Positions 10,153 to 20,608 of a stretch of 64,000 nucleotides of DNA are shown here, in pieces. Numbering within the stretch: the first letter of the stretch is position 1; each line of letters begins with the position of its first letter. The notes below the pieces were generated by a model. The model did not search any database. It was not told the origin of the DNA and saw only the letters and a program-made list of their open reading frames with translations. The stretch is from Candidatus Sumerlaeaceae bacterium (GTDB taxonomy: Bacteria; Sumerlaeota; Sumerlaeia; Sumerlaeales; Sumerlaeaceae), in NCBI GenBank assembly GCA_051003195.1, contig JBPCLP010000005.1, forward strand, positions 19,605 through 83,604. Direction: 5' to 3'. The position numbers and the translations under genes are program-made.

Positions 10153-10278
10153 ACATATGCGCGGCGAAAGCCGCGCGTGGGCAGTTTACCAGCCGAAAAC
10201 CGGCTTATTCGGCATCGTTGACTGGAGGCTCCAATCGATTGTGCGCGAAGCTGGATACATCAACCGGAATGCCGCCAA

Positions 10279-11505
10279 TCAGGTGATCCGGATCTGCGGC
10301 CGCAGATCCACCAGCCGATGTGAGAAATCGTCTGCGCGCTGCCCTTGCGGCGGAATCACTGTAAACGCATATATTTTTTGATGGCAGTCAAAAAGCACAT
10401 TATGCTGACCCGCTGGACCAACCGCGAGCGTTGCGTAGTAAGTAGCTTCACGCAGCCGCATGTCTGTAATTTGAAAGCTCAAACGGTTTACGCCAGGTGC
10501 GAGTTGCACGATCTGCTGCCTGTCTGCAGAGTCGAAAAAACTGACGGGTTGCGCAGGACGGTTCACAATGAGGTACACCGCCGCATTTTGGATCGGCTGT
10601 TTTGCCACAATTTCAAACTTTATCTCCATCGGCTGCCCGGATTCGAAGTAGCGGCGGGGCTGTCCGTCCGCCCCCAGCAGTTTCACCGCACGAATGATGG
10701 CTTCATTAGTTCCGAACCGGTTGTAAGGGATGATTGTCGCCAGATCCGGCGTGTCGGATGTGGGCTCGTTCTCCAGGAGATCGTGGAACAGGAAAGCATT
10801 GTACTGCTGCACCACCTCGCTGCTGGCCCCGTATGCGCGCACCGCTCCTTCGTGCAGCCATATTGCGCGCCGGCACAGGCTTTCAGCGACTTCCGGCACG
10901 TGCGAAACGAACAGGATCGTCCTGCCTTCGCGCTGCAGCTCCTCGATTTTCCGCATGCATTTCCACTGGAAGTAGCCGTCGCCAACGGCGAGCGCCTCAT
11001 CCACCACGAACACGTCCGGATCAGTGTGCACGGCGATCGCAAATCCCAGCCGAAGGAACATTCCCCAGGAGTAATGCCGCACGGGCGTATTGAGGAAATC
11101 TCCCAGTTCGCAAAATTCCTCAATCGCTTTAAGCCGCTTCCAGATTGTCTGGCGGGATAAACCAAGCAGGGTGCCATGGAGGAAAATGTTTTCAAATCCC
11201 GTCAGCTCGGCGTGAAAGCCTGCGCCAAGGTCAATAATCCCGCCGACACGTCCTCGCACTTTGACATAGCCTGATGTGGGATTCATCACCTCGGATATGA
11301 TCCGGAGCAGCGTGCTTTTCCCACTGCCGTTAACCCCCATCAGGGCCAGAGTTTCGCCGGCTGCCAGGCTGAAACTGACATCACGCAATGCCCAGTGTTC
11401 ATGCTGAACGGCCCCATGCACAAGGCGCCGTGCAACACGCTTCACCGGGTTGAGGCCATGTCCACGAAGCAGGAAACGCTTCGAAACGTCCACAACCTCT
11501 ATCAT
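10279..11505 (-). CDS. wzt: Polysaccharide export ABC ATPase with Wzt C-terminal domain
   Basis: GVNGSGKST, GAGFHAELTG, YSWGMFLRL, DEALAVGD, C-terminal Ig-like domain. Confidence 0.85.
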   Translation of the reverse strand: MIEVVDVSKRFLLRGHGLNPVKRVARRLVHGAVQHEHWALRDVSFSLAAGETLALMGVNGSGKSTLLRIISEVMNPTSGYVKVRGRVGGIIDLGAGFHAELTGFENIFLHGTLLGLSRQTIWKRLKAIEEFCELGDFLNTPVRHYSWGMFLRLGFAIAVHTDPDVFVVDEALAVGDGYFQWKCMRKIEELQREGRTILFVSHVPEVAESLCRRAIWLHEGAVRAYGASSEVVQQYNAFLFHDLLENEPTSDTPDLATIIPYNRFGTNEAIIRAVKLLGADGQPRRYFESGQPMEIKFEIVAKQPIQNAAVYLIVNRPAQPVSFFDSADRQQIVQLAPGVNRLSFQITDMRLREATYYATLAVGPAGQHNVLFDCHQKIYAFTVIPPQGQRADDFSHRLVDLRPQIRIT

Positions 11506-11625
11506 GGCCTCGTCTGATTTGCCGCTCACAGGCGCCGTTCTGTCGTGCGTTTGTACTTTACACAATCTAAATCACTTGGACCATTCTATCCGAAATGGTG
11601 GTCAATTGAACAGATATCAATTCCT

Positions 11626-12048
11626 GTGCGACTAAGCAAAAAAGGCGAATACGCCCTTCGCGCGTTGATCGCCCTTGCACGTCCGCGCGAAAAAGCGATG
11701 ACCATCAGTGAGATCGCCATTCAGCAGAAGCTTCCCAAGAAGTTTCTCGAGCAGATTCTGCTGGCGCTAAAGGCAGAAGGACTTGTGCGCAGTAAAGCGG
11801 GACCAAAAGGCGGATACGAACTCGCCGAACCGGCTCGTTCTATATCGGTCGGCCGCATCCTCGCCGCAGTTGAAGAACCGATTGCACATACCAGCAAACG
11901 CGCAAGTCGTCCGCCCGCCGGAGTCGCCGTAATTTTTGACGAGATCAGGCAATATGTCCGCCAGAAGCTCGACACGGTCACCTTGCAGGAACTGGCTGAA
12001 CAAGCCGTGACCGACGAAGAAGTTGAAGCACTCATGTGGTACATATAG
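11626..12048 (+). CDS. cymR: Rrf2-family regulator, CymR-like
   Basis: [23 protein letters not shown]; no Fe-S cysteines; ends MWYI; directly upstream of cysK. Confidence 0.8.
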   Translation: MRLSKKGEYALRALIALARPREKAMTISEIAIQQKLPKKFLEQILLALKAEGLVRSKAGPKGGYELAEPARSISVGRILAAVEEPIAHTSKRASRPPAGVAVIFDEIRQYVRQKLDTVTLQELAEQAVTDEEVEALMWYI

Positions 12049-12086
12049 CGCCGGGCGCGCGAATCATTAAAGGAACGGAGCATCCC

Positions 12087-13070
12087 ATGGGTCGTATCTA
12101 TAATAGTATTCTGGACACAATCGGAAACACACCACTCGTAAAATTGAATCGAGTGACAGACGGCGCACCTGCCACAGTGCTCGCGAAGCTGGAGTTTTTC
12201 AACCCTCTTTCCAGTGTGAAGGATCGTATTGGTGCGGCGATGATCGCCGCTATGGAGAAAGACCTCGGCATTGAACCCGGTAAGACAACTTTGATTGAGC
12301 CGACGAGTGGAAATACCGGTATCGCATTGGCCTTTGTCGCAGCCGCGAAGGGCTACCGCCTTATCCTGACTATGCCTGAGACGATGTCCATCGAGCGGCG
12401 TAAGCTTTTGAAAATCCTCGGTGCGAAGGTCGTGCTGACGGAAGGCCCTAAAGGAATGAAGGGCGCGATTGCCAAGGCCGAAGAACTGAATGCGCAGATC
12501 CCCAATTCCGTGATTCCCCAGCAGTTCCAGAATCCAGCCAACCCGGAGATTCACCGCAGGACCACCGCGGAGGAAATCTGGAACGACACCGACGGCAAAG
12601 TTGATTTTCTGATCTCAGGCATCGGCACCGGCGGAACCATTACGGGCGTCAGCGAAGTAATTAAAAAGCGCAAGCCATCCTTCAAAGCGATCGCACTTGA
12701 GCCGGCGACTTCGCCCGTCCTCAGTGGCGGTCAGCCCGGCCCCCATAAGATCCAGGGAATCGGCGCAGGCTTTGTTCCCGGCGTTCTCAACACCAGTATC
12801 ATTGATGAGGTCATGCAGGTGCGCGAGGAAGATTGTGCGATTTACGCCAAGCGCACATGCCAGGAAGAAGGAATCGCAATCGGCATTTCCAGTGGCGCCG
12901 CGGTATGGGCTGCCGTGCAGGTGGCAAAACGTCCGGAAAATATCGGAAAAACAATCGTCGCGATCATCCCCTCCCCTGCCGAGCGTTATCTCAGCTCCTG
13001 GCTGTTTGCCGACATCAGTGCCGAGAGCGACAACATCGACGACCTGCTCGTCACTCCCGCCGCAATTTAA
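12087..13070 (+). CDS. cysK: Cysteine synthase A
   Basis: [31 protein letters not shown]. Confidence 0.96.
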   Translation: MGRIYNSILDTIGNTPLVKLNRVTDGAPATVLAKLEFFNPLSSVKDRIGAAMIAAMEKDLGIEPGKTTLIEPTSGNTGIALAFVAAAKGYRLILTMPETMSIERRKLLKILGAKVVLTEGPKGMKGAIAKAEELNAQIPNSVIPQQFQNPANPEIHRRTTAEEIWNDTDGKVDFLISGIGTGGTITGVSEVIKKRKPSFKAIALEPATSPVLSGGQPGPHKIQGIGAGFVPGVLNTSIIDEVMQVREEDCAIYAKRTCQEEGIAIGISSGAAVWAAVQVAKRPENIGKTIVAIIPSPAERYLSSWLFADISAESDNIDDLLVTPAAI

Positions 13071-13084
13071 CCAAAACGTCCACG

Positions 13085-13123
13085 GACCCGAACATTCCGC
13101 GAATGTTCGGGTTCATTTTTTTT
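13085..13123 (+). terminator. Rho-independent terminator
   Basis: ACCCGAACATTC-cgc-GAATGTTCGGGT 12-bp stem followed by a T8 tract. Confidence 0.8.
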
Positions 13124-13165
13124 GAATTCTAAATAAACCCAGCCGCGAACGAGGCAGTCAGTATT

Positions 13166-14017
13166 TTGGCGAAGATCAATTTTAACAACGTCAGTAAGAC
13201 CTTCATCCAGAATCGCAACGGTTCTGGAGGCAAGATTGTGCAGGCGCTTATGCCTCTTTCCCTCGAGATCGAGTCCGGCGAATTCTTCTGCATTATCGGG
13301 CCATCCGGCTGTGGAAAGTCGACGCTGTTGAACCTGCTTGCCGGCCTCGATACTTCCGATACTGGCGAAGTTCGCGTGGAAGGCCGCAAGGTTACTTGCG
13401 CAGGCCCCGAGCGAGTCGTGGTCTTCCAGGAGGCTGGCCTTATGCCCTGGATGACCGTCACCAGGAACGTCGAGTACGGGTTAAAACTGCAGGGACTTTC
13501 GCGGGATGAACGTCGCGAGCGTTGCGAAAAATACCTTAAGATGGTACATCTGTCGAAATATGCGGATGCGTTGCCGCATGAGCTCTCCGGCGGAATGCGC
13601 CAGCGCGTAAGCATTGCGCGGGCTCTCGCGGTTGAACCTGACGTGCTGCTTATGGACGAACCGTTCAGTGCGCTTGATGCACAAACCCGCGATCTGCTTC
13701 ACGACGAACTTCAGCGTATCTGGCAGGAAACTCACAAGACGATCCTGTTTGTTACACATAACCTTCGCGAGGCCGTTTACCTCGCCGATCGCGTCATGAT
13801 TATGACCGCCGCTCCCGGCAGCATCAAGAAAACCGTAAAGGTACCCTTCGCCCATCCGCGCTCGAAGTCCTCAGCCGACGTAAGTGCGTTCACCGCCCAA
13901 CTTCACGACTTGATCAAGTCCGAAGTCGATAAGGTCGCCAAACGCGAACTCGATCCTGATTGGGAACCCGAACTCACCCCCGCCGAAGACCCGGACATTT
14001 ACGCCAGCGGGATCTAA
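13166..14017 (+). CDS. Nitrate/sulfonate/taurine ABC transporter ATPase (SsuB/TauB-like)
   Basis: GPSGCGKST, LSGGMRQR, MDEPFSALD, VTHN. Confidence 0.9.
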   Translation: MAKINFNNVSKTFIQNRNGSGGKIVQALMPLSLEIESGEFFCIIGPSGCGKSTLLNLLAGLDTSDTGEVRVEGRKVTCAGPERVVVFQEAGLMPWMTVTRNVEYGLKLQGLSRDERRERCEKYLKMVHLSKYADALPHELSGGMRQRVSIARALAVEPDVLLMDEPFSALDAQTRDLLHDELQRIWQETHKTILFVTHNLREAVYLADRVMIMTAAPGSIKKTVKVPFAHPRSKSSADVSAFTAQLHDLIKSEVDKVAKRELDPDWEPELTPAEDPDIYASGI

Positions 14018-14108
14018 CTGCATGGTGGCGCAGGCTCCGCCCCTTGTCTCTGAAATCCCGGCTGCATCACGCCAGGTCCGAAACCATCCTACTACAGGCA
14101 AAACTCCC

Positions 14109-15008
14109 ATGACCCTCAGACACCTGCATGCTCTTGCACTTTTCTTAACACTGGCAGTGTGTCAATGCCGCGCAAACGACGCACTGACAAGCCAGCCGCC
14201 AATCCTGCTTTGGCCAGCCGGAGCGCCCGGAGCGCTCGGGAACAAACCTGGAGATATCCCGACGCTCCAGCCATTTCTTCCGGATATCGCAAGTTCGACC
14301 GGCGCAGCCATTGTCGTCTGCCCCGGCGGCGGGTATGCCGCCCTGACAGCGCACGAAGGAGCGGACTACGCTCGCTGGCTTAATGAGCTGGGCATCACCG
14401 CATTTGTGCTGAAATACCGCCTCGGCAGCCAGGGCTATCGCCACCCAGCCATGCTCCAGGATGCCACGCGTGCCATCCGGCTTGTACGCGCACAAGCTGC
14501 GACATGGAACCTGGATAACCATCGCGTCGGAATCATAGGCTCCTCTGCAGGCGGGCACCTCGCATCGACGATCATGACGCACTTTGATGCTGGCGACCCG
14601 ACGAGCACCGACACCGTCGAACGCCAGAATTCCCGCCCGGACCTCGGCATTCTCGTCTATCCGGTAGTCTCATTTGGCGAGAAAGGACACCAGGGCTCCA
14701 TGCACAACCTGCTGGGCACAACGCCGCCGCCCGAACTCATGAAGCTGGTCTCGAATGAACTGCAGGTCACCAAGAACACGCCACCTGCGTTCATCTTCCA
14801 CACCTGCGACGACTCCATTGTGCGGGTCGAGAACAGCCTGCTCTTCGCCAAAGCTCTTGCTTCACACGATATTCCATTCGCACTGCACATCTATCCGCAT
14901 GGACCGCACGGACTAGGCCTCGGAACCGAAAAATGGAATCCGGCTGCGCGGCACCCCTGGGTGGGGGAATGCGAACAATGGCTCAAGGAGCAGAAGTTCG
15001 CCAACTGA
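14109..15008 (+). CDS. Secreted alpha/beta hydrolase (BD-FAE/xylan esterase-like)
   Basis: CPGGGY, GSSAGG nucleophile, HGLG; signal peptide. Confidence 0.85.
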   Translation: MTLRHLHALALFLTLAVCQCRANDALTSQPPILLWPAGAPGALGNKPGDIPTLQPFLPDIASSTGAAIVVCPGGGYAALTAHEGADYARWLNELGITAFVLKYRLGSQGYRHPAMLQDATRAIRLVRAQAATWNLDNHRVGIIGSSAGGHLASTIMTHFDAGDPTSTDTVERQNSRPDLGILVYPVVSFGEKGHQGSMHNLLGTTPPPELMKLVSNELQVTKNTPPAFIFHTCDDSIVRVENSLLFAKALASHDIPFALHIYPHGPHGLGLGTEKWNPAARHPWVGECEQWLKEQKFAN

Positions 15009-15018
15009 GTTCAGTGCA

Positions 15019-16455
15019 CTACCAGTTTGACGCCGGTGCCGGCAGCGACGCCTCCACCTCATTATCCGCAATGCCGAATTTTTCCAGCCTGTAACGTAGC
15101 GTCGCCCGGCTTAGCCCCAGCATTTTCGCCGCGCGGCTTTTATTGCCTCCCGACCGCTCCAGAGCCTGCAAAAGCAAGCCGCGCTCGTGATCCTCCAGCC
15201 TGAATCCAGAATCCGGGATAACAAAGTCGCTGCTAAACGTTAATGCGGCTGGAGTCGCCGTTGCACTTCCTGTCCATCCCGATACCGCCACCAGGCCAAG
15301 CTCTCTTGCGGTAAGAACAGAACCTTTCAACAGGATGGTCGCACGCTCGATCGAGTTCTGCAACTCGCGCACATTGCCCTGCCATGAATTCGAAAGCAAC
15401 GCCTGCTGAGTTGCCGGCTCAATCTCCGGCACTCGCTTGCCCATCTCCCGGCAGAACTTCGCGAGGAAGAAACGCGCAAGCGGCAGAATATCATCACGGC
15501 GCTGCCGCAGCGGCGGAATTTCGATTGGGAACACGTTGACGCGGAAGAAGAGGTCTTCGCGAAACTTGCCCTCACTCACCGCGCGACGCAGGTCCTTGTT
15601 TGTTGCACAGATAAATCGGATATCGGTCCGGATCGTCTTCGTTCCGCCGACACGCTGGAATTCCTGCTGCTCGATCGCGCGAAGCACCTTTGCCTGCACC
15701 GCGATGTTCATCTCCCCGATCTCGTCCAGGAAAAGAGAGCCGCCATCCGCCATTTCAAACTTTCCAACCTTACGCTCCGTTGCTCCTGTAAACGAACCCT
15801 TCTCATGGCCGAACAGCTCACTCTCCAGCAGGTTGTCCGGTATTGCTGCGCAATTAATCGCAACAAAGGGCGAATGGCTGCGGGGACTTGCATCATGGAT
15901 GGCGCGGGTAATCAGCTCCTTGCCCGTACCGCTCTCGCCGTGCACCAGCACCGTCGCATTACTCCCTGCGACCTGGTGCGTCACGTCCAGCAACCGCTTC
16001 ATCGCGGCGCTCTCGGCAACCATGTGGTCGAGATTCAGCCGGTCGCGAATCTCCCGTCGCAGGTTCTGATTCTCTCCGAGAATACGACCAATGCTCAGCG
16101 CCCGGTCGATCGCGAATTTCAATTTCGCTTCCTCAAATGGCTTCGTAATGTAGTCCAGTGCGCCGGCCCGCATCGCGTCTACCGCGCTCTCAATGGTACC
16201 AAACGCCGTGATTACCACAATCGGCGTCTGGGGTGACGCTGCTTTCACGCGCTTCAATAACTCCATACCGTCCATGTTCGGCATGCGAAGGTCTGTTATG
16301 ACGAGATCGAAGTGGCCCGACTGAAACGCCGCCCAGGCCTGGGTTCCATCCGACGCCATCGTAAGCTGATAACCCTGGTTGCTCAGCAGCATTTCCAGCA
16401 GCCTGCGGAGGCGTTCTTCGTCCTCCGCAACGAGCAAACGAGGTTCGTGGCTCAT
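15019..16455 (-). CDS. Sigma-54-dependent response regulator (NtrC/AtoC family)
   Basis: REC domain, GESGTGKE, GSFTGA, C-terminal HTH. Confidence 0.95.
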   Translation of the reverse strand: MSHEPRLLVAEDEERLRRLLEMLLSNQGYQLTMASDGTQAWAAFQSGHFDLVITDLRMPNMDGMELLKRVKAASPQTPIVVITAFGTIESAVDAMRAGALDYITKPFEEAKLKFAIDRALSIGRILGENQNLRREIRDRLNLDHMVAESAAMKRLLDVTHQVAGSNATVLVHGESGTGKELITRAIHDASPRSHSPFVAINCAAIPDNLLESELFGHEKGSFTGATERKVGKFEMADGGSLFLDEIGEMNIAVQAKVLRAIEQQEFQRVGGTKTIRTDIRFICATNKDLRRAVSEGKFREDLFFRVNVFPIEIPPLRQRRDDILPLARFFLAKFCREMGKRVPEIEPATQQALLSNSWQGNVRELQNSIERATILLKGSVLTARELGLVAVSGWTGSATATPAALTFSSDFVIPDSGFRLEDHERGLLLQALERSGGNKSRAAKMLGLSRATLRYRLEKFGIADNEVEASLPAPASNW

Positions 16456-17945
16456 GTGGCTGAACCATTCTGCACGATTGGCAGCAGAACTTCAAACGTC
16501 ACGCCCGGCTTCCCGTCGTTATTATGCACGTTCATCTTGCCTCGGTGCGACGTAACAATCTGGTGCACCACAGACAGACCGAGTCCGGTGCCACCCGCTT
16601 TTGTTGTGAAGAACGGATCAAATATCTTCGGCAGATCCTCGTCCCGGATTCCATTGCCCGCGTCAATAAACCGCAGCCGAATCGCGTCGTCCACAACATC
16701 AGTTGTAATGGTCAGCACCCCGCCTTCCGGCATCGCCTGGTCGGCATTAATAATCAGGTTTAAAAAGACCTGGAAGAGCAGATCGGGATCAGCCTGGGTC
16801 GCCGGTGTGTGGCTGCACATCTGCGGCACCACGTGGAATTTTTTGTTTCGAAGGGATGCCTGGTAGCCAGACGCTGTCCGTTTAACCAGCTGCGCCACAT
16901 CAACTTCTTCTACCATCAGCGCTTTAGGCTTGGCGAATACGAGGAAGTCTTTCATCCGTTCATCCAGCCGACGCACTTCGTCGCGCAGGTAGGTCGCCGC
17001 CTCCCGCCGCTGTGCCGCGGGACGCTTCTCGTTCAACACTATCTCCGCGCTGCTCATCAATATACCGAGTGGATTTTTTATCTCATGCGCGATCCCGCTG
17101 ACAAGCTGGCCCAGCAGTGCCAGGTTGCGGTTCTGAACCAGCTGACTCTCCAGCCGTTTGCGTTCGTCAATGTCGCGGATAATTCCGACGATGAACTCCA
17201 CCTCGCCCGTAGTGTTTTTGATCGGCGAATAGTTGGTCTCGACGTATCGCTCCTTGCCCGCGGTCGTGGTGATCAGCATTTCGTGGGGTTTTGGTTCGCT
17301 GTCCTTGTGAAAGAAAACTTTCGCCGGGCAAAGCGCCTCGCTTGCCATGCTTTCGCCTGCGTCATTGTGGCATCGCAGCACGTTTGCACACTCATACGTC
17401 TGCATGATGGCAGCGTTCTTCTGCCAGCCGGTCATCTTCTCGCACGCCTTGTTAAAATATACGATGTGGTTGCTGCGGTTAACAATGAAGATGCCGTCCG
17501 TTGACGAATCGAGTACGAATTCAAGGCGCCTCATAATGGCGTCCGTGTCCGGATCAAAGAATGTCAGGCCCAGCACATTCTCCAGTGCCCCACAGTGGCA
17601 GTCCGCATCAAATGTCAGCGCGCTTGCCCGCATGTGCGTCTGCTTTACGCCGTGGGAAAGAAAGAACAGCCTCGGCTCCGGGTCTTCAGCCTCCAGCAGC
17701 TCGGTCAAAACAGGAGCAATCTCGCTCCAGTTCGTCTCCGGAAACAATTGCTCCAGCACAGCGCCGAAGTTTGAGTTCTCGGTCAGGTCTGCGCGCGAAA
17801 ATCGCACCCTGGCCTCGCCGTTTGCATATAGCACCCTGTGGTCACGCGAAACCAGGATGGTCGCGTCGCTCAAGCCCTCAACAAAGCGGCGTAAGGAATT
17901 AGTTACGAGGCTTTCGCCAGTCTGGGAAGGACTATCAATTGCCAT
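16452..17945 (-). CDS. Cytoplasmic PAS histidine kinase
   Basis: PAS domains, AHEIKNPL, FFTTK, GTGLGL; 4-nt overlap with the regulator. Confidence 0.92.
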   Translation of the reverse strand: MAIDSPSQTGESLVTNSLRRFVEGLSDATILVSRDHRVLYANGEARVRFSRADLTENSNFGAVLEQLFPETNWSEIAPVLTELLEAEDPEPRLFFLSHGVKQTHMRASALTFDADCHCGALENVLGLTFFDPDTDAIMRRLEFVLDSSTDGIFIVNRSNHIVYFNKACEKMTGWQKNAAIMQTYECANVLRCHNDAGESMASEALCPAKVFFHKDSEPKPHEMLITTTAGKERYVETNYSPIKNTTGEVEFIVGIIRDIDERKRLESQLVQNRNLALLGQLVSGIAHEIKNPLGILMSSAEIVLNEKRPAAQRREAATYLRDEVRRLDERMKDFLVFAKPKALMVEEVDVAQLVKRTASGYQASLRNKKFHVVPQMCSHTPATQADPDLLFQVFLNLIINADQAMPEGGVLTITTDVVDDAIRLRFIDAGNGIRDEDLPKIFDPFFTTKAGGTGLGLSVVHQIVTSHRGKMNVHNNDGKPGVTFEVLLPIVQNGSAT

Positions 17946-18064
17946 AGTACGACCCTACCGTAGCAACATGTGGCTTATTTCAGCCACTTTTGTAAAGCTG
18001 CATTTACCCAATCTACTCTGTTAAAGAGCTTGCTCCGACACGGAAGTTATCCACTCTCGGTTTC

Positions 18065-18253
18065 ATGCCATCGTCCAGTTTCGCCTGCGCCCACTGTGGC
18101 GCCGAGAACGGCACAGAAATAGATGCGTCGGCAGGGAGACACCAGACTTACGTAGAAGACTGCCAGACCTGCTGCCGTCCCAATCTGTTACATGTGGAAC
18201 TCGACGAAGATGGTGAACCCTTGAGCATCGAGGCGCAGCCGGAAAACGGGTAG
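18065..18253 (+). CDS. CPXCG-motif cysteine-rich protein
   Basis: CAHCG...YVEDCQTCCRPN. Confidence 0.85.
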   Translation: MPSSSFACAHCGAENGTEIDASAGRHQTYVEDCQTCCRPNLLHVELDEDGEPLSIEAQPENG

Positions 18254-18341
18254 TGGTGTGTACCATAGTTCTTGAAACCGTCGTATCGCTCATTGCGATG
18301 AGGCGGCTTTCCCATTTCCATATTGGAAAAGGCGCGCTCCT

Positions 18342-19274
18342 GTGAACCGACGTAATTTTCTATGCTCGACGTTAGCCGTTTCAGCTTCCGCAGCCGCAAC
18401 CGCAGCCCTCGGCGCGCTGGAAACTACCGGCACTTCAGCTGCATCCCCCGCGTCAGACGGCTCCGGGTTTCGCCTGTTGTATGCGCCGCACTTCGGGATG
18501 TTTGAAAAATCTGCCGGCAAGGACCCGGTTGAGCAGCTTAAGTTCATGGCAGACCAGGGATTTCGGGCGCTAGAAGACAACGGCATGAAAGGCCGTACTC
18601 GCGAGGAGCAGGATCGCATCGCGAAAGAGATGGAGCGGCTGGGGATGACCATGGGCGTGTTCGTGGCTCACGGCGATTTCAGCGCACAGACGTTCGTTCA
18701 TCGCACCCCCGAAGTGCGCGACCGTCTTCGTAAAGACATGCAGGATTCGGTCGAACTGGCTAAACGCGTAAATGCAAAATGGGCCACGGTCGTGCCGGAC
18801 CTCGTTGATCCCAAATCCGAGCGCGCCTACCAGGACGCCAACGTCATTGATAACCTGCGTGACTGCTGCGATATTTGTGAACCCGCCGGGCTCACCATGG
18901 TGCTCGAACCCCTCAATCCGCGCGACCATCCGGGAATGTACCTCGCCACGGTAGCCGAAGGATATGAAGTTTGCCGGGCAGTAAATCGCCCATCATGCAA
19001 AATCCTCGCCGACCTCTACCATCAGCAGATTGCGGCCGGCAACCTCATCCCGAATCTAGACCGTGCATGGAGCGAGATCGCTTACATTCAACTGGGCGAC
19101 AATCCCGGTCGCAACGAACCGGGAACGGGAGAGGTGAATTATAAAAACGTTTTCGCACACTTGCACAAGAAGGGTTACAAAGGGGTGCTTGGCATGGAGC
19201 ACGGCAACTCCCGCAACACCGTCGAAGGCGAGCGTGCCACCATTGCCGCGTACCGCGCGTGCGACAGCTTTTAA
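18342..19274 (+). CDS. Tat-exported hydroxypyruvate isomerase-like TIM barrel
   Basis: NRRNFL, LEPLN, DLYHQQ, DNPGRNEPGTGE. Confidence 0.88.
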   Translation: MNRRNFLCSTLAVSASAAATAALGALETTGTSAASPASDGSGFRLLYAPHFGMFEKSAGKDPVEQLKFMADQGFRALEDNGMKGRTREEQDRIAKEMERLGMTMGVFVAHGDFSAQTFVHRTPEVRDRLRKDMQDSVELAKRVNAKWATVVPDLVDPKSERAYQDANVIDNLRDCCDICEPAGLTMVLEPLNPRDHPGMYLATVAEGYEVCRAVNRPSCKILADLYHQQIAAGNLIPNLDRAWSEIAYIQLGDNPGRNEPGTGEVNYKNVFAHLHKKGYKGVLGMEHGNSRNTVEGERATIAAYRACDSF

Positions 19275-19287
19275 GGAGACGACACAC

Positions 19288-20598
19288 TTGAGTGACCACC
19301 AGATTTTAGACGCCGTAACCCGCCGCGATTTCTTGAGAGCATCGATCGGCGCATCGGCCGCGGCTGCAGTACTGCCGGCAATTTCAGCCGAGCAAACCAC
19401 CCCCACGCAACCCATGGTCCATCCTGCCGGCGGCGAAACGTTGCGCATTGGCATCATCGGTTCTGGTGGCCGCGGCACTGGCGCCGCCATCGATGCGGTC
19501 GAGAGCTCACAAAATGTGGTCATCAGCGCCGTTGGCGACGTGTTCCAGGAACGCGTAGACTCTTCCAGCAAGGAGCTGCGCGAGAAGATTGGTGACAAAT
19601 TCAAGGCGACACCGGAGACATGCTTCAGCGGGTTTGACTGCTACCAGAAGGTACTCGCGTCAGATATCGACATGGTGATTCTCGCCGCTCCACCCGGCAT
19701 GCGCCCTCTGCACCTGAAGGCAGCTGTGGAAGCCGGCAAACACATCTTTATGGAAAAGCCCGTTGCTGTCGATCCTGTTGGCGTGCGTTCCATCATCGAA
19801 TCGTCTGAGCTCGCGGCGCAAAAAGGTCTCGGCATTGTCGCCGGCACCCAGCGCCGCCACACACCCTCCTATATCGAAACCATAAAGCGGATCCACGATG
19901 GTGCCATCGGCGAAGTCATGGGAGGTCAATGCTACTGGTGCCAGGAAGAGTTGTGGGTCAAGGAGCACAAGCCGGAATGGACCGATATGCAATGGCAGAT
20001 GCGCAACTGGCTCTACTTTGACTGGCTGTCTGGCGACCACATTGTCGAGCAGCACGTGCACAACCTTGACGTCATCAACTGGGTGATGGGCGGCCCGCCG
20101 GTAAAAGCGCTTGGCATGGGCGGACGCGAGGTGCGCAAGGGAACCGAGTACGGCAACGTCTTCGACCACTTTGCTATCGAGTACGAGTACGCCAACGGAG
20201 CGCGCGTACAGAGCTTCTGCCGCCAGACCAAGGGCGCGAGCTCCCGCGTCGCAGAGTACGTCTTTGGTACCAAAGGACGCAGCGATCCGAATGGCGTGAT
20301 TAATGGCGCCAACGCGTACAAGTACGAAGGCAAGGAAGACGGACGCATCGGATACCTCAATGAACATGCCGATTTGATCAAAAGCATCAGGGACGGCAAA
20401 CCGCTCAATGAAGGACGCCGCATCGCTGAGAGCACACTGACGGCAATCATGGGCCGGATGAGCGCCTACACGGGCCGCGAGCTCTCATGGAAGTGGGTCA
20501 TGAATTCCTCGAAGCTCGACCTGACGCCGGCAAATTATGACATGGGAAGTGTCGTACTGAATCCGGTACCAGTGCCCGGGCAGACGCCGCTGGTCTAG
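19288..20598 (+). CDS. Tat-exported Gfo/Idh/MocA oxidoreductase
   Basis: TRRDFL, GSGGRG, MEKP, EQHVHNLD; TTG start after AAGGAG. Confidence 0.9.
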   Translation: MSDHQILDAVTRRDFLRASIGASAAAAVLPAISAEQTTPTQPMVHPAGGETLRIGIIGSGGRGTGAAIDAVESSQNVVISAVGDVFQERVDSSSKELREKIGDKFKATPETCFSGFDCYQKVLASDIDMVILAAPPGMRPLHLKAAVEAGKHIFMEKPVAVDPVGVRSIIESSELAAQKGLGIVAGTQRRHTPSYIETIKRIHDGAIGEVMGGQCYWCQEELWVKEHKPEWTDMQWQMRNWLYFDWLSGDHIVEQHVHNLDVINWVMGGPPVKALGMGGREVRKGTEYGNVFDHFAIEYEYANGARVQSFCRQTKGASSRVAEYVFGTKGRSDPNGVINGANAYKYEGKEDGRIGYLNEHADLIKSIRDGKPLNEGRRIAESTLTAIMGRMSAYTGRELSWKWVMNSSKLDLTPANYDMGSVVLNPVPVPGQTPLV

Positions 20599-20608
20599 CG
20601 CCTGGGCA

